Below are positions 18,686 through 24,000 of a stretch of 24,000 bases of DNA, piece after piece. Under the pieces are notes generated by a model, which saw only the letters and a program-made list of their open reading frames with translations, searched no databases and was not told where the DNA came from. The stretch lies in NCBI RefSeq assembly GCF_052938755.1, contig NZ_CM129037.1. One strand, 5' to 3'. A program made the position numbers and the translations under genes. Every line of letters begins with the position of its first letter. Position 1 is the first letter of the stretch.

Positions 18686-19213
18686 GTGAAAACCGCCCTG
18701 CTGCTGGAAAAACTGGAAGGACAGCTCGCTACGCTGCGTCAGCGTTGTGCCCCGGTGTCACAGTTCGCCACGCTAAGTGCTCGTTTCGACAGGCATCTTT
18801 TTCAGACTCGTGCGACAACACTACAAGCTTGTCTCGATGAGGCGGGCGATAACCTGGCTGCGCTTCGTCATGCGGTTGAGCAGCAACAGCTGCCGCAAGT
18901 GGCCTGGCTGGCGGAACATCTGGCGGCACAACTGGAAGCCATCGCGCGTGAAGCCTCCGCCTGGTCATTGCGCGAGTGGGACAGTGCGCCACCGAAAATT
19001 GCCCGCTGGCAGCGTAAACGTATTCAGCATCAGGATTTTGAGCGGCGGCTACGTGAGATGGTTGCCGAACGCAGAGCCCGCCTGGCGCGGGTGACCGATC
19101 TCGTGGAACAGCAAACGCTGCATCGTGAAGTGGAAGCCTATGAAGCGCGCCTGGCACGCTGCCGCCATGCGCTGGAAAAAATCGAAAACAGGTTAGCGCG
19201 TTTAACCCGCTAG
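18686..19213 (+). CDS. priC: Primosomal replication restart protein PriC (protein n''), 175 aa
   Basis: It starts at a GTG (18686-18688) with GAGG 7 nt upstream. The product is an Arg/Leu/Gln-rich helical protein. The sequence [39 protein letters not shown] matches PriC. Confidence 0.92.
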
Positions 19214-19226
19214 CAATGGAGAGAGT

Positions 19227-19388
19227 ATGTCACTGGAAAATGCCCCTGACGATGTCAAACTGGCTGTCGATTTGATTGTGCTGCTGGAGGAAAATCAGAT
19301 CCCTGCCAGTACCGTGCTGCGCGCGCTGGATATTGTAAAGCGTGATTATGAAAAGAAATTAACGCGCGATGATGAGGCGGAAAAGTGA
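19227..19388 (+). CDS. ybaM: Small acidic protein of unknown function (DUF2496), 53 aa; absent from the ORF track because it is under 60 aa
   Basis: The ATG at 19227 is preceded by GGAGAGAG (RBS) and lies 13 nt after the priC stop. My own translation is [53 protein letters not shown], with a TGA stop at 19386-19388. It matches my recollection of E. coli YbaM. Confidence 0.8.
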
Positions 19389-19441
19389 GAAATAAATGGG
19401 GTCGCTAAATGTCCCCTAAGGTTGCGGACAAACGCAAAACT

Positions 19442-19540
19442 GCCTGATGCGCTACGCTTATCAGGCCTACACCGCTCCTGCAATATATTGAATTCTTGCG
19501 GTTTCGTAGGCCGGATAAGGCGGTCACGCCGCATCCGGCA
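19442..19540. repeat. BIME-1/RIP-type element: two inverted REPs flanking an IHF-site-like core
   Basis: GCCTGATGCGCTACGCTTATCAGGCCTAC (19442-19470) and GTAGGCCGGATAAGGCGGTCACGCCGCATCCGGCA (19506-19540) flank a central segment. On the minus strand that segment reads ATTCAATATATTG (19493-19481), one mismatch from the IHF consensus WATCAANNNNTTR. It is also the AATTCAATATATTGCAG core I recall from RIP/BIME-1 elements. Confidence 0.8.
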
Positions 19541-19569
19541 TGAACAACGCGCACTTTGTTAGCAATCTC

Positions 19570-19601
19570 GGGGCAACTAAATGTTGCCCCCTTTCGTTTT
19601 T
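19570..19601 (+). terminator. Intrinsic terminator for priC-ybaM (possibly also serving convergent mscK)
   Basis: An 8-bp stem GGGGCAAC (19570-19577) / GTTGCCCC (19583-19590) encloses the loop TAAAT and is followed by CTTTCGTTTTT. The U-tract overlaps the mscK stop codon (19600-19602). On the minus strand the hairpin lacks a U-tract. Confidence 0.7.
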
Positions 19602-22600
19602 ACCCTACCGCTGGCGTCGGGTCATCGCCTTTGTAGTCGCGTTTTACTTCCGTCACCTCATCGCCCTTCTCGTTGTGCAGATGCACTTCAAGCTGGTTAA
19701 AGGCAATGTTGATGTCGTTTTCACGGCACAGCTGATCGATAGTACGGTTCAGCTCATCGACAGTACGACTACGGTCACGCAGTTCACGCACATACAGACG
19801 CAGCTCATGATCCAACGTGCTGGCACCAAATGCCGTAAAGAAGACTTCCGGCATTGGTTCGTGCATCACCCTTGGGTGCTCAGTCGCCGCCTTCAGTAAC
19901 ACTTTACGCACTTTTTCCAGATCGGAGCCATAGGCCACGCCGAGACGGATCACCAGACGCGTAGTAGTGTCAGTCAACGACCAGTTGATCAGACGCTCGG
20001 TAACAAACGCTTTGTTCGGGATGATCACTTCTTTGCGATCGAAATCGGTAATCGTTGTCGCACGAATACGGATCTTACTTACCGTCCCCGAGAAGCTACC
20101 AATGGTTACCGTATCGCCAATACGCACCGGACGTTCGAACAGAATGATCAAACCGGAGACGAAGTTACCGAAAATTTCTTGTAAACCAAAACCAAGACCT
20201 ACGGATAATGCTGCCGCCAGCCACTGGAGTTTATCCCACGAGACGCCCAGCGATCCGAACACCGTCATCGCACCAACGGCAATAATGATGTAGTTAAGGA
20301 TGGTAGTAATGGCATACGACGCACCCTGGCGCATATTCAGTCGCGAGAGCACCAGCACTTCCAGCAAACCAGGCAGGTTGCGAATCAACGCCCAGGCCAC
20401 CATTGAGGCGATAATCGCAAACAACAGACTGCCCATGGTGACGTTTTTCACCACCGCAGCGCCAGCTTCAGTGCCGTTGTAATGCCAGAGCGTGATGCTG
20501 TCGAGATAGCTGAACACGGTGATCAAATCGGACCAAATTGCCCAGAACATGACACCGAACAGCGCAAACATCAGCAACATGGTAATACGCAGCGTCTGCT
20601 GGTTAACCTGTTCCAGTGCAATGGTGGGTTCTTCCGGCGGTTCGGCACCTTCTGCGCCCTCTTTCACCAGATTCTGCCGACGCGCCAGCGCACGACGCCA
20701 GGCGATACGCCGCGCCGCTACGCTTAAGCCGCGCAATACCGTCTGGTAGAGCAAGTTCCAGATGATCACCAGATAAACGGTTTCAATCCAACGCCCGGAG
20801 AGGCGCAGCGTGGTGTAGAAATAACCCGTGGCAGTCAGCACCATCAATGCAATCGGGATAATCGACAGCACGGTAATGGTGACCAGTCGCATGGTGTGCG
20901 ACTCTTTATCACGCCAGCTTTCGCGGCACATTGGCCATACCAGGAAGGCAATCAGCAGCAGGTTGAAGAAAATCATCGCCTGCCCCAGCACATCATCCAT
21001 CAGATGCAGCGGGGAAAGTTCTGCCACCACAGACCAGAAATGGATAGGCAGCAACGCGAGACTGATGCGGACAATTTGCCGACGCCAGTGGCTGGTCTGC
21101 TGCTCCGGCATGCCGAAGTGACGCACGGCAACGCCATTTTTCTCCAGTACCTTCCAGCACAGGCCAAACACCAGCCAGAAAATCGCCAGTTTTTTACTGA
21201 ACGACCATAGCAGTTCGCTGATGTTGAGCTGCATGGTCAACAGAATCAGGCCAACCGCGAGAATAATCAGGCACACCGGCAGTGCACGGATCAGGTCGAT
21301 AAGGATCGCTTTTGGTGTGTTGAGCTGGCTGTCGTTACGCAGGGAACCCACAGCGGAAGCCAGTTTTTGTTGATACGCTTTCAGCCACCCCAGACGCCAG
21401 TGGATCAGCCCAGCAATCAACAGCAGCGGCAAACCAGCGAGGAAAGCGATAAAAACGGCGGGCCAGGCTTTTTCCCAGTTCACCGTAATTTTCATCGACT
21501 TAAATTCATCTTTCAGGCTTTGCGGGAATGCTTTGATCCAGTCCCAGTCCATTGGACGGTTACTGTTCACCCAAAAGATTTGCTGAGTCAGGATGGATTT
21601 CAGGTTTTTCGACACACTCATTAACTGCTGCTGGTTGATTTGCAGGTTAATGGCCATCATCAGCTGGTTACCCAACTGTTTGTTGAGTTGATCCAGCAAT
21701 TCGCGACGCATATCAACCACTTGCAATAACGCATCGTGAACTTCGCTGTTGACTTCGTTGGTGTGACCTTCTTCCAGTTTGTTGACGAACGCATCGCTCT
21801 GGAAGAGTGCATCACGCTGCTGGTTAACTTCAAACTGTTCGAGACGCAAATCCGCGATGCGGTTGGTCATGTTTTCCAGTTCATCCGCCGAGGGCAGCGT
21901 TTGTTGTTGCTGGTAAAGGATACGAGACAACAGCAGGCTGCCCTTCAGGACGGCAATCTGCTCTTTAATATTGCGTTCCGATTGCAGCGCCCGCTCCAGC
22001 CAGTTTTTGACTTTAATGTTTTGCTGCATCAACTGATTACCGTTTTCAGTCGCGGTAATCAGACGCTGACTTAACTGCTGGTTAATTTCCAGTTCCTGCT
22101 TCACCAGCGGATTAGCCTGAATACGCGCGGCTTCATCCGGGGAGACGGCTTCCTGCGCCGTTTTTTCGGTTAAAGTCAGGCGCTTGCTGTTTACCGCTTC
22201 TTGCAACAGTTGTAACTGGTGCTCCAGACGAGCGCTGTTCGCCGTCACGTAATCACGTTGCTTTTGCAAGGTATCCTGCAAGACGGTGTTCCCTTCCAGG
22301 CTTTTACGCTGCTGGTCAATCTCCGCATTCAGCAACGCCTGCTGGGCCTGCATTAACACTTTCTGGCTGGGACGTAAGGCTGTCTCGCCGACATCAGTCC
22401 CATCCAGACGACTGCGAATTTGTTGCAGCTGCTGCGAAGCGTTATACATCGCATTTTGCACGCGTTCGGGCTGCGTCTGTAACGAAACCAGCTGGCTGTT
22501 ATAAGACGCCAGATCGTTTTGTGCGTTTTGCAAATCGTCCAGCGCCAGGGCAACGCGAGTTTCCAGCTGGCGCAACGACAGCGTGCTCAGAATTTTGCGC

Positions 22601-22962
22601 GTTTCTTCGTCGTTATCGACATCGCTAAGTGCTGTTAACGCCGCGGTCGCCTGGCGCATTTTTTCCGGCGCTTCAGCGACTTTTTGCCGTAGCTGAACTG
22701 TCTCTTCTTTTATGCGATCGATTTTATCGAGGGTGGCTAATGTATCTGTCAGATCCTGCTGCACCAGTTTGTCCTGAGCAGAAAGATCTTTTTGTTTATT
22801 TAGTGAGTCAAGTTGCGCCTGCAGGTCCGCTTTTGTCGGCAGATCACCATTCGATGACGCCCGCGCAAACGCCGTGTTCTGGCATAACAAGACAAAAACA
22901 AAAGCAATAAATGCTGAAAAAACAAAATGCCGTGATCGTTTGTAATACTGGAACATAGTCAT
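19600..22962 (-). CDS. mscK: Potassium-dependent mechanosensitive channel MscK (KefA), 1120 aa
   Basis: The full ORF has an N-terminal signal-like segment and a long Gln/Leu-rich coiled-coil periplasmic domain. It also has about 11 hydrophobic helices and a C-terminal MscS-type pore and beta domain (GLGFGLQEIFGNFVSGLIILFERPVRIGDTVTIG). It matches MscK. Confidence 0.96.
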   Translation of the reverse strand: MTMFQYYKRSRHFVFSAFIAFVFVLLCQNTAFARASSNGDLPTKADLQAQLDSLNKQKDLSAQDKLVQQDLTDTLATLDKIDRIKEETVQLRQKVAEAPEKMRQATAALTALSDVDNDEETRKILSTLSLRQLETRVALALDDLQNAQNDLASYNSQLVSLQTQPERVQNAMYNASQQLQQIRSRLDGTDVGETALRPSQKVLMQAQQALLNAEIDQQRKSLEGNTVLQDTLQKQRDYVTANSARLEHQLQLLQEAVNSKRLTLTEKTAQEAVSPDEAARIQANPLVKQELEINQQLSQRLITATENGNQLMQQNIKVKNWLERALQSERNIKEQIAVLKGSLLLSRILYQQQQTLPSADELENMTNRIADLRLEQFEVNQQRDALFQSDAFVNKLEEGHTNEVNSEVHDALLQVVDMRRELLDQLNKQLGNQLMMAINLQINQQQLMSVSKNLKSILTQQIFWVNSNRPMDWDWIKAFPQSLKDEFKSMKITVNWEKAWPAVFIAFLAGLPLLLIAGLIHWRLGWLKAYQQKLASAVGSLRNDSQLNTPKAILIDLIRALPVCLIILAVGLILLTMQLNISELLWSFSKKLAIFWLVFGLCWKVLEKNGVAVRHFGMPEQQTSHWRRQIVRISLALLPIHFWSVVAELSPLHLMDDVLGQAMIFFNLLLIAFLVWPMCRESWRDKESHTMRLVTITVLSIIPIALMVLTATGYFYTTLRLSGRWIETVYLVIIWNLLYQTVLRGLSVAARRIAWRRALARRQNLVKEGAEGAEPPEEPTIALEQVNQQTLRITMLLMFALFGVMFWAIWSDLITVFSYLDSITLWHYNGTEAGAAVVKNVTMGSLLFAIIASMVAWALIRNLPGLLEVLVLSRLNMRQGASYAITTILNYIIIAVGAMTVFGSLGVSWDKLQWLAAALSVGLGFGLQEIFGNFVSGLIILFERPVRIGDTVTIGSFSGTVSKIRIRATTITDFDRKEVIIPNKAFVTERLINWSLTDTTTRLVIRLGVAYGSDLEKVRKVLLKAATEHPRVMHEPMPEVFFTAFGASTLDHELRLYVRELRDRSRTVDELNRTIDQLCRENDINIAFNQLEVHLHNEKGDEVTEVKRDYKGDDPTPAVG

Positions 22963-23058
22963 GATGAATGAAGGTTTCTGAACCTGAAGAACGACCTGAA
23001 AAAGTCAAACCGCAAGAATATCACGACGCAGTGAACCAGAATAGCAACGACGAAAATG

Positions 23059-23076
23059 TCCAGGAAAAATCCTGGA
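23059..23076 (-). terminator. Weak hairpin downstream of acrR stop
   Basis: On the minus strand, TCCAGG-ATTTTT-CCTGGA (6-bp stem) is followed by CATTTTCG. The stem is short and the U-tract poor, so function is uncertain. Confidence 0.3.
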
Positions 23077-23089
23077 GTCAGATTCAGGG

Positions 23090-23737
23090 TTATTCGTTAG
23101 TGGCAGGATTACGAAGCGTGGGGCACAGGAGATACATCTCCAGTAAGATGGCAACGTAATCGCGGGCTTCTTTTTTAAGATCAAAAGATTGCGGGGCAAA
23201 GAGCCAGTTTTCCATCAGGCCGGAAATATAGCCGCGCATAATAATTGCTGCGCGACGCGTCATTAAATCCGCAGGCAACATTTTCGCTTCAATACAATGT
23301 TTTAACGTTTGTTCTATACGGTCATAACTTTCCAGACAGAGATTACGTTGTGCCTGTTGCACAACAGCCATTTCTCCGACAAATTCGCATTTGTGGAATA
23401 TAATCTCCATCAATAATCGACGCCGTTCTTCTGTCACCGTGGATTCAAGAACATGAATTAATATCTCTCTTAATACTGAGAGTGGATCGCCAGGGAATTT
23501 TGCCTGATACTCAAGCTCTAGTTCACCAATATTGGATTCTGACAGTTCCCAGATCTCACTGAACAAATCCGACTTGTCTTTAAAATGCCAGTAGATTGCA
23601 CCGCGCGTAACGCCAGCTGCTTTTGCAATCTCGCCCAGCGAGGTGGATGATACCCCCTGCTGTGAGAAAAGACGTAGAGCCACATCGAGGATGTGTTGGC
23701 GCGTTTCTTGCGCTTCTTGTTTGGTTTTTCGTGCCAT
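23090..23737 (-). CDS. acrR: TetR-family repressor of acrAB, 215 aa
   Basis: The full ORF carries an N-terminal TetR HTH ([24 protein letters not shown]). It is transcribed divergently from acrA across a 141-bp spacer. The sequence [28 protein letters not shown] matches AcrR. Confidence 0.96.
23718..23737 (-). promoter_or_regulatory. Marbox (MarA/SoxS/Rob binding site) candidate overlapping the first 20 nt of acrR
   Basis: The minus strand reads ATGGCACGAAAAACCAAACA. It satisfies every specified position of the marbox consensus AYnGCACnnWnnRYYAAAYn. It is oriented opposite to acrA and lies upstream of the acrAB promoter region, as expected for the known MarA/SoxS/Rob activation of acrAB. Confidence 0.6.
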
Positions 23738-23765
23738 ATGTTCGTGAATTTACAGGCGTTAGATT

Positions 23766-23789
23766 TACATACATTTGTGAATGTATGTA
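23766..23789. promoter_or_regulatory. AcrR operator: 24-bp inverted repeat in the acrR-acrA spacer
   Basis: TACATACATT-TGTG-AATGTATGTA has perfect 10-bp arms around a 4-bp centre. It matches the AcrR operator sequence I recall, and sits between the divergent acrR and acrA starts. Confidence 0.85.
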
Positions 23790-23878
23790 CCATAGCACGA
23801 CGATAATATAAACGCAGCAATGGGTTTATTAACTTTTGACCATTGACCAATTTGAAATCGGACACTCGAGGTTTACAT

Positions 23879-24000
23879 ATGAACAAAAACAGAGGGTTTA
23901 CGCCTCTGGCGGTCGTTCTGATGCTCTCAGGCAGCTTAGCCCTAACAGGATGTGACGACAAACAGGCCCAACAAGGTGGCCAGCAGATGCCCGCCGTTGG
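23879..24000 (+). CDS. acrA: Multidrug efflux periplasmic adaptor lipoprotein AcrA, N-terminal 40 codons (3' end outside the window)
   Basis: The ATG at 23879 is preceded by CGAGG. The translation is MNKNRGFTPLAVVLMLSGSLALTGCDDKQAQQGGQQMPAVG, with the lipobox LTGC. The frame is still open at the window edge. Confidence 0.93.
   Translation, partial: MNKNRGFTPLAVVLMLSGSLALTGCDDKQAQQGGQQMPAV

Noticed and set aside
22968-23159. A 63-aa hydrophilic plus-strand ORF starting 6 nt from the mscK start and running into the acrR 3' end
   Set aside because: There is no RBS, since the start is embedded in the mscK initiation region on the other strand. It overlaps acrR in antisense, and its composition is consistent with chance in an AT-rich spacer. 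Ribosome profiling could overturn this.
23090-23737. acrR (and ybaQ) look more AT-rich by eye than flanking genes, which might hint at horizontal origin
   Set aside because: I did not compute GC content or codon usage. Both genes are conserved chromosomal loci in E. coli, and small regulators are often AT-rich. This is not enough for a claim. A sliding-window GC and codon-adaptation calculation would settle it.

Overview
This window is a contiguous stretch of the Escherichia coli (or Shigella) core chromosome, in the opposite orientation to the usual K-12 map. Gene order is copA(3' part)-ybaQ-ybaP-chiX-ybaK-ushA-fsr-ybaL-gsk-aes-hemH-adk-htpG-recR-ybaB-dnaX-apt-ybaN-priC-ybaM-mscK-acrR-acrA(5' part). 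I identified genes by recognising the translated proteins and their diagnostic motifs; no database search was possible. A few residues seem to differ from my memory of MG1655, so the strain may not be K-12. Coding density is high and every long ORF on the coding strands is a known housekeeping or envelope gene. I found no tRNA or rRNA genes, CRISPR arrays, IS elements, integrases, phage genes or defence-island signatures, and no gene-sized unexplained gaps. The six-frame track misses or misrepresents several things. These are the 84-nt ChiX sRNA opposite ybaP/ybaK, the 53-aa ybaM ORF (below the track cut-off), and the dnaX programmed -1 frameshift signal that yields the gamma subunit. It also misses three REP/BIME clusters, the sigma-32 htpG promoter, the AcrR operator with a consensus marbox, and several terminators, and the track ORFs for ybaQ, adk, ybaB and apt carry false N-terminal extensions. 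I see no evidence for a previously undescribed system here. The least understood parts are the orphan HigA-like ybaQ facing the TraB/Tiki-like ybaP, a phased triple repeat in the ushA-fsr spacer, and small structured elements in intergenic regions. These are reported with modest interest scores.
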